Positions 29,325 through 39,658 of a stretch of 64,000 nucleotides of DNA are shown piece by piece. The stretch is from Escherichia coli. GTDB lineage: Bacteria; Pseudomonadota; Gammaproteobacteria; Enterobacterales; Enterobacteriaceae. The stretch lies in assembly GCF_002854065.1 (NCBI RefSeq), contig NZ_CP024147.1. One strand, 5' to 3'. Both the position numbers and the translations under genes were made by a program. Every line of letters starts with the position of its first letter. Position 1 is the first letter of the stretch. The notes beneath the pieces were generated by a model. It was not told the origin of the DNA. It saw nothing but the letters and a program-made list of their open reading frames with translations, and searched no databases.

Positions 29325-30496
29325 TGGGGCTATACGATAAATATGCGCGCCTTGCTGGCGAGCGACTGCAATTTAGTGACAACGGGTTAACACCGTTTGG
29401 CACCTGTATTGATGAAGTGTATTCCGCCACCGAAGGCCGGATCGGCAATAAAAAAGTGATTCTGGCCGGGACCAATAATTACCTCGGTTTAACCTTTAAT
29501 CATGATGCCATCGCCGAAGGTCAGGCAGCGTTAGCGGCCCAAGGCACCGGCACCACCGGTTCTCGTATGGCAAACGGCAGTTATGCGCCGCACCTGGCGT
29601 TAGAGAAAGAGATTGCCGAGTTTTTCAATCGCCCTACCGCTATCGTTTTTTCAACCGGTTATACCGCTAATTTAGGCGTCATCAGCGCACTTGCCGACCA
29701 TAACGCCGTGGTGTTACTGGATGCCGACAGCCACGCCAGTATTTATGACGCCTGTTCTCTCGGTGGCGCGGAAATTATTCGTTTCCGCCATAACGATGCT
29801 AAAGATCTGGAACGGCGCATGGTTCGCCTCGGTGAACGGGCGAAAGAGGCGATTATCATCGTTGAGGGTATCTACAGCATGCTCGGTGACGTTGCGCCGC
29901 TGGCGGAAATTGTTGATATCAAACGTCGTCTCGGTGGTTATTTGATTGTCGATGAAGCGCATTCGTTTGGCGTGTTAGGCGCAACGGGGCGCGGACTGGC
30001 TGAAGCTGTCGGCGTTGAAGATGATGTGGATATTATCGTTGGCACCTTCAGTAAAAGTCTGGCCTCGATTGGCGGTTTTGCTGTCGGTTCGGAAGCGATG
30101 GAAGTACTGCGCTACGGCAGCCGCCCGTATATTTTTACCGCCTCTCCTTCTCCGTCCTGCATTGCGACCGTGCGCTCGTCGTTAAAAACTATTGCCACAC
30201 AACCAGAGCTGCGGCAAAAGCTGATGGATAACGCCAACCATCTGTATGACGGTCTGCAAAAACTGGGTTATGAGTTAAGTTCACATATTAGCCCGGTAGT
30301 GCCGGTAATAATCGGTTCGAAAGAGGAAGGTTTACGCATCTGGCGCGAGCTTATTTCGCTGGGCGTTTATGTGAATCTTATCCTGCCACCTGCCGCGCCT
30401 GCAGGCATCACGCTGCTGCGCTGTAGCGTAAACGCTGCCCACAGTCGTGAGCAAATCGATGCCATCATTCAGGCATTTGCTACTCTGAAGCAGTAA
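29324..30496 (+). CDS. PLP-dependent alpha-oxoamine synthase family enzyme (BioF / serine palmitoyltransferase / CqsA-like), 390 aa
   Basis: Class-II aminotransferase fold with lysine motif GTFSKSLASIGGF; start overlaps the ACP stop. Confidence 0.75.
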   Translation: MGLYDKYARLAGERLQFSDNGLTPFGTCIDEVYSATEGRIGNKKVILAGTNNYLGLTFNHDAIAEGQAALAAQGTGTTGSRMANGSYAPHLALEKEIAEFFNRPTAIVFSTGYTANLGVISALADHNAVVLLDADSHASIYDACSLGGAEIIRFRHNDAKDLERRMVRLGERAKEAIIIVEGIYSMLGDVAPLAEIVDIKRRLGGYLIVDEAHSFGVLGATGRGLAEAVGVEDDVDIIVGTFSKSLASIGGFAVGSEAMEVLRYGSRPYIFTASPSPSCIATVRSSLKTIATQPELRQKLMDNANHLYDGLQKLGYELSSHISPVVPVIIGSKEEGLRIWRELISLGVYVNLILPPAAPAGITLLRCSVNAAHSREQIDAIIQAFATLKQ

Positions 30497-30530
30497 TGTG
30501 AGCCCGCCGTGGTGTTGCGCCACGGCGGGT

Positions 30531-31610
30531 TTAATGTTGTCTGTCATACCAATACACCAGGCTCAACGCCACCAGCACAAACGCTATCGGTAAACCGAGC
30601 GCGGTAACAGGTGCGCTCAACGCAAATAGCAATCCCAGATTGACCATGATTTGATAGCTGATCCAGGTGAGTAAGCCAACGATGACACCTACAGCGAGAC
30701 GGCTACCCATCCCTGGCGAGCGCGGGGCACTAAAGGTAAACGGCACAGCCAGCAAAATCATCGCCAGGGTCAGGATGGGTTGCCCCAGTTTTTCCCACAG
30801 TGCAAGGCGGTATTCGCTGCTGGGTTGCCCGGTTTCCTGCAAATAATGGATGTAATGATTAAGCTGACGGACAGAAAAAGTATTCCCCGGCATCGATAGC
30901 TCTTCAAGATCCATACTGGTGAAGGCCGATTGCCAGGCAAGATTATCTGATGTTTCCAGCGTTTCTTTGCCATTCAGCCATTTTTTATGATTCACACCAT
31001 GCAGGATCCACGTTTTGTCGTCTTCAATGGTGGCACTGCGTGCATAAATGTAGGATTCGAGCGAAAGATCATCACGATAATGAAAAATCTCCACGCGCAC
31101 AGGCTGGCCCTGCTCGTTCAGCGATTTTACCGTCACAAATTCATTACCGCGCCTGGCCCACAGCATATTGCCGGTAATGTCATCGTCCTCACCCAACGCA
31201 GTGGCAGTCGATTTGATTTGCAGCGCCTGTTGCTGCAATGGCGACGCTACCCACTCATCTATCGCGCCTAACGAAACAGTCCACAATATCCCGGCAACCA
31301 GCGCCACCAGTGCAATACGGAAGATAGAAAACCCCGTGCTGCGAATGGCGGTAAGCTCACTGTTTTTCGATAACTGCCCCAGGCCAACAATCCCTCCCAA
31401 TAAGGCGATAAACGGCGAAAGTTCGACCAGTGTGCGCGGTAAGGTCATTAGCACCACCAGCACCGCCTGAGTCCAGCGATAACCGCCCGGGCTGACATCA
31501 TCCAGTTCGTTAATCAGGTTGAAGGTGGTAAAAAGCGGCAGCAATAGCCCTGCGGCGGCGGCAAAACCGAGAAAGAGATGACGGATTAAATAGCGACTGA
31601 AAACATTCAT
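30531..31610 (-). CDS. LptF/LptG-family (YjgP/YjgQ) permease paralog, about 359 aa
   Basis: N-terminus MNVFSRYLIRHLFLGFAAAAGLL resembles LptF/LptG; polytopic with a large central soluble loop; start set at the Met with overlap to the upstream gene stop. Confidence 0.55.
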   Translation of the reverse strand: MNVFSRYLIRHLFLGFAAAAGLLLPLFTTFNLINELDDVSPGGYRWTQAVLVVLMTLPRTLVELSPFIALLGGIVGLGQLSKNSELTAIRSTGFSIFRIALVALVAGILWTVSLGAIDEWVASPLQQQALQIKSTATALGEDDDITGNMLWARRGNEFVTVKSLNEQGQPVRVEIFHYRDDLSLESYIYARSATIEDDKTWILHGVNHKKWLNGKETLETSDNLAWQSAFTSMDLEELSMPGNTFSVRQLNHYIHYLQETGQPSSEYRLALWEKLGQPILTLAMILLAVPFTFSAPRSPGMGSRLAVGVIVGLLTWISYQIMVNLGLLFALSAPVTALGLPIAFVLVALSLVYWYDRQH

Positions 31611-32677
31611 CGGGAAAATTTCTGCAGCAAAGAGAAGTCGCGTGCGACCAGCATCAGCAGGCCCATTAGCATGAGTCCGGGCACTAACCACAAACCAGGA
31701 ATGAGAGGAATCGCGCCGTTAGCCACCAGCGTACGGCAGACGTCGCCGCCATAAAAAATGGCAATAAACAGCAACGTCAGTGGCAATAACGTTGAAAATC
31801 GCCCCTGCCGCGGTTTTACCCGACTTAATGAAATGGCCAGCAGCGCCATCAACAATGCTGTCAGGCCACGGCTTTGTCGCCATTGCAGTTCGGCATGATC
31901 GGCTGGAAAGACGGAGCGCGCCAGCTCCGTGACCGATTTCGCTTTGCGTTTGACGTTAGGGCTTTGATCCAGCGGATTCAGATGTAATTGCAGATTACGG
32001 TAGATCTGTTCGTTGTCGTCACGCCCCTGATGATCGAGAAGATAGGCAGTGCCGTTGTGCAACATAACAGTCGGTTTCTCGGGTGATGGGTCAACCACAT
32101 CAACCGAACGGGCGCGGAAAATGCGGGTTCGATTGGCAGTAGAAGTATAAATCAGCGCGTCAGTCAGGCGATTATTATCCTGATCAACCGTCTGCGAAAG
32201 GATCATTCGTCCGTTATCGTTAGTGTTAAATTTCTTTGCCCGCAACTGGCGAACATCCAGCTCCGACTGCGACTGCTGCTCCAGTTGATAAATCTGCGCA
32301 TAAGCCCACGGACGACCATACATCGACAGAAGGGTGACAAAAATACTTAGCGGTATCGCCAGATAAAGAACGGCTTTGTACAAGCGTCCCGGACTGCCCC
32401 CCGCCGCAGAGATAGCGGTAATTTCCGAGTCGGTATACATCTGCCCTAGCGTCACGCCAACTGACACATACAGTCCAACAGGTAACAACATCTCCAGTGC
32501 AATCAGCACTTTGTAGAAAACGATATCCAGCACAACATCAAGTGCTAATGTCCCATTTGCCGCTTCGGTCAGATAACGCTGTGCGGAGTAGCTGGCGAAA
32601 ATAAAGATCAGAAAACCGACGATAATCAGCACCAGACGGCGCGTACCACGCATGATGTAGTGTTCAACCAGCTTCAT
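31607..32677 (-). CDS. LptF/LptG-family (YjgP/YjgQ) permease paralog, 356 aa
   Basis: Same architecture as the adjacent gene; translationally coupled pair. Confidence 0.55.
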   Translation of the reverse strand: MKLVEHYIMRGTRRLVLIIVGFLIFIFASYSAQRYLTEAANGTLALDVVLDIVFYKVLIALEMLLPVGLYVSVGVTLGQMYTDSEITAISAAGGSPGRLYKAVLYLAIPLSIFVTLLSMYGRPWAYAQIYQLEQQSQSELDVRQLRAKKFNTNDNGRMILSQTVDQDNNRLTDALIYTSTANRTRIFRARSVDVVDPSPEKPTVMLHNGTAYLLDHQGRDDNEQIYRNLQLHLNPLDQSPNVKRKAKSVTELARSVFPADHAELQWRQSRGLTALLMALLAISLSRVKPRQGRFSTLLPLTLLFIAIFYGGDVCRTLVANGAIPLIPGLWLVPGLMLMGLLMLVARDFSLLQKFSR

Positions 32678-32707
32678 CTCACTAACGCCCTCAATCCTTT
32701 GAATTTT

Positions 32708-33271
32708 TTATTCATTGATCAGTTTCTGCGCCAGCGCAATGACATGATCTACCTCTTCCGGCGTCAGGCTGCCGTCCTTTGCCCACTGAATTTGCCCAGC
32801 TTTATTCAGCACCAGAATGGTTGAACTCTGCTCCGGCAAGCGCCAGGCAACGCGTCCCTGTCCATTGCCGTCAATAACGAATTGCGCCCACGGATAGCGG
32901 CGTTTATTTTTTTCGATTTTGCCAACGACAAAATAGCCAGTACCAAAGATGGCATCATCAGTGTTCACAATGGTGGTGGGCTGAAAACGATCCTGTGGAA
33001 AGTTTGCCGCTTCAACCGCTTTAATTAACAGTGAGTTCTTCTTCTTCGCTGACTTACGCCCGGCGATATACTGGATAATGCGGACTTTTCCCGCCAATTG
33101 TGTGCTGTTCCACTTTTGGTAGTGAATTTCGTCGTCGCTATTCAGAAGCAGCTCGCCGCCTTCCTGAATATAAACAGGGGTAACCGTTTTGCCAGTGACG
33201 AAATTGTGTGCCTGCACACCCGGGGCTAATAGCATGATAATCAGCGCAATAATCAAACGAGATGACATCAT
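32708..33271 (-). CDS. YtfJ-family secreted/periplasmic protein paralog, 187 aa
   Basis: Signal peptide MMSSRLIIALIIMLLAPGVQA; conserved blocks TTIVNTDDAI and WAKDGSLTPEEV resemble YtfJ (from memory). Confidence 0.5.
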   Translation of the reverse strand: MMSSRLIIALIIMLLAPGVQAHNFVTGKTVTPVYIQEGGELLLNSDDEIHYQKWNSTQLAGKVRIIQYIAGRKSAKKKNSLLIKAVEAANFPQDRFQPTTIVNTDDAIFGTGYFVVGKIEKNKRRYPWAQFVIDGNGQGRVAWRLPEQSSTILVLNKAGQIQWAKDGSLTPEEVDHVIALAQKLINE

Positions 33272-33279
33272 TGCTCCGG

Positions 33280-34104
33280 TTATAGCGGAAAACGCGAAAT
33301 CAGCAGCTCTAAGCGCTGACGAATATCGCTATCCAGCGCCACCGGTGCATCATACGACTGGCGGTTTTCCATATCATCCGCCACCATGTCGTCGTGTTTA
33401 TCCCCCATCAGGCCATTAATGGCGGCGAGGAAACGGGAAATCTGTAACGCCTCTTTATTTTCAGGATCAAGCGATCTTAAGGTGTCGTAATAAGAAACCT
33501 GCTGGCTGATGATTTTTCGCACATCATGAAATTCCCTGCCGGTTAGTCGCGGTTTGGCAATTATCTCTTTCAGGGCATGCATTTGCTTTTGCCGATAGGC
33601 AATAAAACCGCTTACGCTTTCTAACTGGCTATGGCGTAATGAATAGTTCACCAACGACCAGACCGGAGAGCTTAAATAAATTCGTAACAGGTTGCCGTAA
33701 TACGACACAATATTTTTCTTACCGTTACGAAATCCGTCCTGAAAACGTCCCAGAAAAACGGTCGTTTTGCCGAATAAAAATCCGGCCTGATGCTTCTTTA
33801 AATACAGCCGTTGCGCAAAACGCAGGTGCTTGTAGCGCGCTCGCATGTATTTAAACTGTTTACGCTCGTCTGTCGTCAGCTCATCGCCTTTGGCTTGTTT
33901 GCGAATTAAACGAAGTAATTCCTGGCGATCAACGCCATTGAGCCAGAATTGCAGGCATAACGCGTAATTATCATGGATGATTTCGGTGGTACAACTTAGT
34001 GCGATAGTCGGCGGCAAACTGACCTGGGCATCAACAACATCATCTTCCTCAATCGCAACAAATAGATGCTCGCTCGCCTCAAGCGGGAAATATTTTCTCA
34101 TCAT
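33280..34104 (-). CDS. Hypothetical protein, 274 aa, no recognised domain
   Basis: ORF in track, tightly packed between flanking genes of the same operon; coding-like composition. Confidence 0.5.
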   Translation of the reverse strand: MMRKYFPLEASEHLFVAIEEDDVVDAQVSLPPTIALSCTTEIIHDNYALCLQFWLNGVDRQELLRLIRKQAKGDELTTDERKQFKYMRARYKHLRFAQRLYLKKHQAGFLFGKTTVFLGRFQDGFRNGKKNIVSYYGNLLRIYLSSPVWSLVNYSLRHSQLESVSGFIAYRQKQMHALKEIIAKPRLTGREFHDVRKIISQQVSYYDTLRSLDPENKEALQISRFLAAINGLMGDKHDDMVADDMENRQSYDAPVALDSDIRQRLELLISRFPL

Positions 34105-35453
34105 CAGGATTTCTCTCCGGCTGCGTTATAAAGCAAGGAATGGCGCTGAAAAAATGCCTTTAAGGTCGGAATTAGCGAAAGCACCACATCCAGGCATTGA
34201 CCGCCGAAATAAGCAAACGCTGCTCCCAGCACGCCAAACAGATGACAGAACATGAACAGCAATACGATGTAGCCGATTGAGGCGATGGTTTGCGCCACGA
34301 GAAAAGCGCGCTGTTTTCCCGCCATCAATAGCAATGACTCCTGAGGGAAGCCCAGCATCGAGATCACAATTGCGCCCAGCATCACCTGAATCAGGTCATA
34401 CGCTTCGAGATACTTAACGCCAAACACCAGCGAAATGAGCGGCTTGCCGACGATCAACACCGCGAGCGCCACCAGAATACCGATTCCGCCCGCCAGTAAA
34501 CCGGACTTCACACCTAACAACCACGGTCTGGTGGTGCGCGGATCTAAACGCATCACCTCTGGGTAAAAACTTTTACCCAGCAAACCCGCTGGCGTTCCGG
34601 CGGCGTCGAAGAATGTCATGGCGATTTTAAATAACCCGGCGGCAGCGGGTCCTAACACGATCCCCACCAACACTGTGCTGCACGAGTTACGTGCCGACCA
34701 GATGGAGTGGGCAATGTTGGTTGACCAGACAAAACTCCACGCGCCTTTAATGTGTCGGGCAGACTCAAACAGATTCAATTTGAAGGCGTTATGGATATTT
34801 CTGCGGCGTAATTCGCGCGCGGCAAACCACCAGTACATGGTGCCGCCAACCAGATTCGACACGTACCAGGCAATAACAAAACCCGCAAAACCAAAGTCAA
34901 AATACCAGGCTGCGACGCTCCCCGCTGCGCGCAGAAAAGGTTTCGTCGCCTGCTGTACAGCAATCAAATCAAAGCGATCTACCGCACGCAGAATGCCGGT
35001 CGGCGTGGAGGAAGCCATTGAAGGAATGAGCGTGCAATACAGCGCCGCCAGCCAAAAGCTTTGGTCATCCAGACCTAATGAATGGGAAAGGAATGGCAGT
35101 AAGGCAATGCCGCCGACAATCGCCACCGCGCCGCTGACGATATCCAGCGAGAAGGAAAATGAGACGACATTGCGAAATTGCTGCGGATTATTGTTGGTCA
35201 AGGCTGGCGTTCCGTACTGAACCACCAGCTGCCATGTCTGAAACTTAATAAAATCGCTGATCGACTTGGCGTACGATTGTACAATCACCAGTACGCCAAA
35301 CATGGCGGGCGTCATCCCTTTACCGGCACACGAGAGCGCCAACAGACCCAGCAAGGCGCTCACGACATTACTGGAGCCTAACCAGGCGCTATTGCGAATA
35401 ATGGTGCGAAACGCGCCATCTGCAAACCAATGTTTGATGTTAAAACCCGCCAA
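34104..35453 (-). CDS. yghQ: Polytopic membrane protein, putative MOP-superfamily (Wzx/MATE-like) flippase; start codon uncertain (TTG in track)
   Basis: About 449-aa ORF with multiple hydrophobic segments; gene symbol by synteny with yghR/S/T. Confidence 0.5.
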   Translation of the reverse strand: MAGFNIKHWFADGAFRTIIRNSAWLGSSNVVSALLGLLALSCAGKGMTPAMFGVLVIVQSYAKSISDFIKFQTWQLVVQYGTPALTNNNPQQFRNVVSFSFSLDIVSGAVAIVGGIALLPFLSHSLGLDDQSFWLAALYCTLIPSMASSTPTGILRAVDRFDLIAVQQATKPFLRAAGSVAAWYFDFGFAGFVIAWYVSNLVGGTMYWWFAARELRRRNIHNAFKLNLFESARHIKGAWSFVWSTNIAHSIWSARNSCSTVLVGIVLGPAAAGLFKIAMTFFDAAGTPAGLLGKSFYPEVMRLDPRTTRPWLLGVKSGLLAGGIGILVALAVLIVGKPLISLVFGVKYLEAYDLIQVMLGAIVISMLGFPQESLLLMAGKQRAFLVAQTIASIGYIVLLFMFCHLFGVLGAAFAYFGGQCLDVVLSLIPTLKAFFQRHSLLYNAAGEKS

Positions 35454-35498
35454 TTCAGCCTGACCTTATCGTTGATAGTAAAAAGTATCCCGCCAGCC

Positions 35499-36257
35499 TT
35501 AAGTTAAACTTCGGCGGTCAGAAACGATGGCAACCAGAGAAACCGCCTTCTGTGCCTGTTCCAGCACTTCGCTGTAGGGCGCTCTGGAATCAATCTCAAG
35601 AATTTTTGTGCCGTTATAGCCAATCGTCGACATAACACCGATTTTGTCCTGCAGCTCGGCATAGTCATGGTCAGGCTTGCGGGAGATGGCAGTCTCAATA
35701 TCAATGCCCAGGCGAATAATTAATTCCGGGCGATATTGCGCCATTTGTTGGTATAAACGCCGTTCGCGCTGCGCCAGAAACATGCTTATTTTCCCGGTCG
35801 CACGTTCGACGCCAATCCCCGGTCCATCATAATAAAAGCCCGAAATTTCAGCCTGCGGGAAGCGATCGCTGACCACCAGAACGCCACTTTGCGCCAGTCG
35901 CTGAACCTTGCGTAGATTCGCCATTCTTCGCAGCGAGAAGCAGTACATAATCACCGCCGCCCATAGCGCCGGAGATTTGGTTTTCATGCTTTGGGTTTTC
36001 GAGGATTTGGCCGCCAGTCGCCGTTCCAGCCAGACGCCAACCAACGGCAATCGTTTTATTTTGTCGCCGTCTTCGCCCGAGAGCAGCCCCAAATAGCGGC
36101 GCTCGGTTTGCCAGTGTTGTTGCAGCGATTTCACCAGGTCGGTGGTCAGTGTGGATTTACCGGTGCCATCACACCCGACCACCGCAATCAGCCCCGGAAT
36201 GTAGTTGGGCTGCGGCGCGGTTGTACTAATAACAGTTTGTGTTTGTAGTGCATCCAT
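35499..36257 (-). CDS. yghR: P-loop NTPase (kinase-like), paralog 1 of 3, 252 aa
   Basis: Walker A IAVVGCDGTGKSTLT; shares SDRFPQ...DGP and RKPDH blocks with the next two genes. Confidence 0.65.
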   Translation of the reverse strand: MDALQTQTVISTTAPQPNYIPGLIAVVGCDGTGKSTLTTDLVKSLQQHWQTERRYLGLLSGEDGDKIKRLPLVGVWLERRLAAKSSKTQSMKTKSPALWAAVIMYCFSLRRMANLRKVQRLAQSGVLVVSDRFPQAEISGFYYDGPGIGVERATGKISMFLAQRERRLYQQMAQYRPELIIRLGIDIETAISRKPDHDYAELQDKIGVMSTIGYNGTKILEIDSRAPYSEVLEQAQKAVSLVAIVSDRRSLT

Positions 36258-36288
36258 TCGTTAAATCATCCCCTATCCATTTTGGTGA

Positions 36289-37002
36289 TCAGGAAAGCGC
36301 GGCGTGAATTGCGCGTAGTGACGCTTGCATAATTTCATCGGCTGGTTGCCGACCATCCAGTTCAAGGATCTTTGCGCCATTGAATGTCAGTTGCGGCGTA
36401 ACGGCGATTTTTTCCTGTAACGCTGCCAGTTGGTGGTCAGGTTTACGCGCAAACGCGGTTTGTTCATCAATGCCAAGACGAATCAACAATACGGGCAAAT
36501 AAGACGCCATCCATTGGTACAGCTTCAGCTCGCGCTGCCTTAACATTTTTATCCAACCGTTACCGCCCGTGGTTTTTGCCAATTGCGGGCCATCAAAGCG
36601 AAAACCCGGCACTTCAACCTGCGGGTAGCGGTCGGTGATGAGCAGATAGCCTTGCTGGCTTTTACACAACATTTTGCGAAACTTGTACGCCCGCCAGCAG
36701 GAAAGCAGATAGATAACCAGCGCAGTAATATTGCCAGGCGGTGTTGAGGGTTTTTCGTGCACATGTGCCGCTTTACTTCGCAGATAACGCCCACAAGGTG
36801 CGCCAATAACAGGGAGCTGTGAAATCCATTCGCCAATTCGCCCGGACGATTGCCCGAGATAAATGCGTTCTGTTGGCATTCTTGCTGCCAGTTCATTTAC
36901 CAGGCTTGCCGTGAGGGTCGATTTACCTGAACCATCACATCCTACAATGGCAATAACACGCACTGGCGTGGAATTAATTATTGACATATTACGTTGATTC
37001 AC
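36289..37002 (-). CDS. yghS: P-loop NTPase (kinase-like), paralog 2 of 3, 237 aa
   Basis: Walker A IAIVGCDGSGKSTLT; TDRYPQ...DGP; RKPDH. Confidence 0.65.
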   Translation of the reverse strand: MNQRNMSIINSTPVRVIAIVGCDGSGKSTLTASLVNELAARMPTERIYLGQSSGRIGEWISQLPVIGAPCGRYLRSKAAHVHEKPSTPPGNITALVIYLLSCWRAYKFRKMLCKSQQGYLLITDRYPQVEVPGFRFDGPQLAKTTGGNGWIKMLRQRELKLYQWMASYLPVLLIRLGIDEQTAFARKPDHQLAALQEKIAVTPQLTFNGAKILELDGRQPADEIMQASLRAIHAALS

Positions 37003-37175
37003 GAAAAACCCGGCAGTAAATAATGTATTGAATATTACGTGATCCGTGCTCAGAATATCCGTTCAACCTTATTGTGACAATGGTTAATTGTGACATTGAC
37101 CTGAATTACGCTTTCATAAAAACATATTAACCAAATAAATATTTTGGATGGATATTTAAATTTAAGGATATATTC

Positions 37176-37868
37176 ATGCAGTCAATAACACCTCCATTAA
37201 TTGCCGTTATTGGTAGCGATGGTTCAGGCAAGTCAACGGTGTGTGAACATCTCATTACCGTTGTCGAAAAATATGGTGCTGCCGAAAGAGTTCATTTAGG
37301 AAAACAAGCCGGAAATGTCGGTCGTGCAGTGACAAAATTACCGTTGATGGGAAAATCCTTACATAAAACAATTGAACGAAATCAGGTGAAAACAGCAAAA
37401 AAATTGCCAGGACCAGTTCCGGCGCTGGTAATTACAGCGTTTGTCGCCCGTCGCTTACTGCGCTTTCTTCATATGCTTGCCTGTCGTCGTCGCGGGTTAA
37501 TTGTTCTAACCGACCGTTATCCTCAGGACCAAATTCCGGGCGCTTACGATGGTACGGTGTTCCCACCTAACGTTGAAGGTAGTCGTTTTGTCTCATGGCT
37601 GGCAAGCCAGGAACGTAAAGCGTTTCACTGGATGGCGAGCCATAAGCCTGATCTGGTCATCAAACTCAATGTTGACCTTGAAGTTGCCTGCGCGCGTAAA
37701 CCCGACCATAAACGGGAATCGCTGGCGAGGAAGATTGCCATAACGCCACAGTTAACCTTTGGTGGTGCACAACTGGTTGATATCGATGCTAATCAGCCAC
37801 TGGAAAAGGTGCTGGTTGATGCAGAAAAAGCGATTACGGATTTTATGACCGCGCGTGGTTATCACTAG
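37176..37868 (+). CDS. yghT: P-loop NTPase (kinase-like), paralog 3 of 3, 230 aa
   Basis: Walker [26 protein letters not shown]; divergent from yghS. Confidence 0.65.
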   Translation: MQSITPPLIAVIGSDGSGKSTVCEHLITVVEKYGAAERVHLGKQAGNVGRAVTKLPLMGKSLHKTIERNQVKTAKKLPGPVPALVITAFVARRLLRFLHMLACRRRGLIVLTDRYPQDQIPGAYDGTVFPPNVEGSRFVSWLASQERKAFHWMASHKPDLVIKLNVDLEVACARKPDHKRESLARKIAITPQLTFGGAQLVDIDANQPLEKVLVDAEKAITDFMTARGYH

Positions 37869-37916
37869 CCAAAAATGGAAATGCCCGATCGCCAGGACCG
37901 GGCATTTTCAGGAAGG

Positions 37917-39416
37917 TTAAATCAACTGCAATGCTATCCAGTACAACCCACCAGAAAGAAAAATCGCCGCCGGTAAAGTAAATACCCACGCCATCAGGAT
38001 GCTGGTTACCGTTTTACGCTGTAACCCTCCGCCGTCCACCACCATCGTTCCTGCTACGGCAGATGAGAGTACGTGTGTTGTGGAGACGGGCATCCCAATA
38101 TAACTGGCAAGGCCGATAGACACTGCCGCCGTCATTTGTGCCGCCATGCCTTGCGCATACGTCATGCCGCGCTTACCAATCTTCTCACCGATGGTCATCG
38201 CAACACGACGCCAGCCAATCATGGTGCCAATGCCGAGCGCCAGTGCTACTGCCGTGATGATCCACACCGGAGCGTACTCAATGGTGCTTAACATATCGCT
38301 GCGCAGTTTTTTCAGCAGGTTCTGGTCTTCTTTACTGACGCCTGGCAGTTTCGCCAGCTTCGCGGAAGTATCAGAGATACACAGCATAATGCGGCGCAGC
38401 TGGCTGCGCTGACTCACGCTTAACGGCTCGTAACTTTCCATATTGCCTGGCAGCATCGTTTTAACGCGCGCAATCGCATCAAAGGTATTTGCCGGATGAC
38501 AGTGAAACTCCGTTACTTGCGTGCCATCAGTCGATGCCGCAGGCAATGGAGGTTCCATCGCAATCAACTTCTGCGGCAGTTCAGGATGCTGTTGCAGGTA
38601 GTGTTCGAAGTTGGTAACGGCATCGCGGGTACGGGTAATTTCATAGCCGGACGCGTTCATATTGACGACGAAGCCAGCAGGGGCAATCCCCACCAGTACC
38701 AGCATCACCAGGCCGATCCCTTTCTGCCCGTCGTTAGCGCCGTGCGAAAACGCCACGCCCGCAGCGGAAACAATCAGCGCAATACGCGTCCAGAATGGCG
38801 GCTTACGTTTGCCTTTTTTCTTTTTGCGATCTTCCGGAATGCGGTGAATACGGTCACGCTTTTTCGTTCCGCTCCAGTAGCGTCGCAGCAGGAATATCAG
38901 GCCTCCCGCAATGACCAGGCCGACGATTGGGGAAACAATCAGCGAGGAGAAAATTTTGGTCACTTCACGCAGGTTTAACGCATCCATCACCGATGAGCCG
39001 GTTAACAGCGCGTTGGTTAAACCGATGCCGATAATCGCGCCAATCAAGGTATGCGAACTGGAGGCCGGTAAACCAAAGAACCACGTTCCCAGGTTCCAGA
39101 TAATCGCCGCCAGCAGCATGGAAAAGACCATCGCCAGGCCGTGGGTTGACCCCATATTCAGCAACAAATCGGTTGGCAACATATGGACAATGGCATAGGC
39201 AACGCTAAGTCCGCCCAATAACACGCCAAAAAAGTTAAAAAATGCCGCCATCACCACAGCAAGTTGTGGCTGCATGGCACGAGTATAAATAACGGTTGCC
39301 ACCGCATTCGCCGTGTCATGAAAACCATTGATTGCTTCGTAGAACAACACAAATGCCAGAGCAAGTAATAACAAAAGCCCTGTGTATATATCAAGGCCAA
39401 CAAATAAATTTAGCAT
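37917..39416 (-). CDS. pitB: Low-affinity inorganic phosphate transporter (PiT family), 499 aa
   Basis: Full-length ORF recognised as PitB. Confidence 0.85.
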   Translation of the reverse strand: MLNLFVGLDIYTGLLLLLALAFVLFYEAINGFHDTANAVATVIYTRAMQPQLAVVMAAFFNFFGVLLGGLSVAYAIVHMLPTDLLLNMGSTHGLAMVFSMLLAAIIWNLGTWFFGLPASSSHTLIGAIIGIGLTNALLTGSSVMDALNLREVTKIFSSLIVSPIVGLVIAGGLIFLLRRYWSGTKKRDRIHRIPEDRKKKKGKRKPPFWTRIALIVSAAGVAFSHGANDGQKGIGLVMLVLVGIAPAGFVVNMNASGYEITRTRDAVTNFEHYLQQHPELPQKLIAMEPPLPAASTDGTQVTEFHCHPANTFDAIARVKTMLPGNMESYEPLSVSQRSQLRRIMLCISDTSAKLAKLPGVSKEDQNLLKKLRSDMLSTIEYAPVWIITAVALALGIGTMIGWRRVAMTIGEKIGKRGMTYAQGMAAQMTAAVSIGLASYIGMPVSTTHVLSSAVAGTMVVDGGGLQRKTVTSILMAWVFTLPAAIFLSGGLYWIALQLI

Positions 39417-39658
39417 ATATTAGATTACGCCATTTTGAATTTACGAACGGACGCATTATCAGTGACTTTAACGGTGTGGGCAAAGTGAAATATCATTTTT
39501 TAACGATAAAAAGAGTGTTATTTCTTGTGTATCAGACAATAAGCATTCATTAAAAATCTTTAGAAATAATTAGAACACAGGCATTCTGCTGGTTAATGTA
39601 TTCACATATGAAATGAATAAATATTTGAATATATAAATATTGAATATTTTGATTAATC

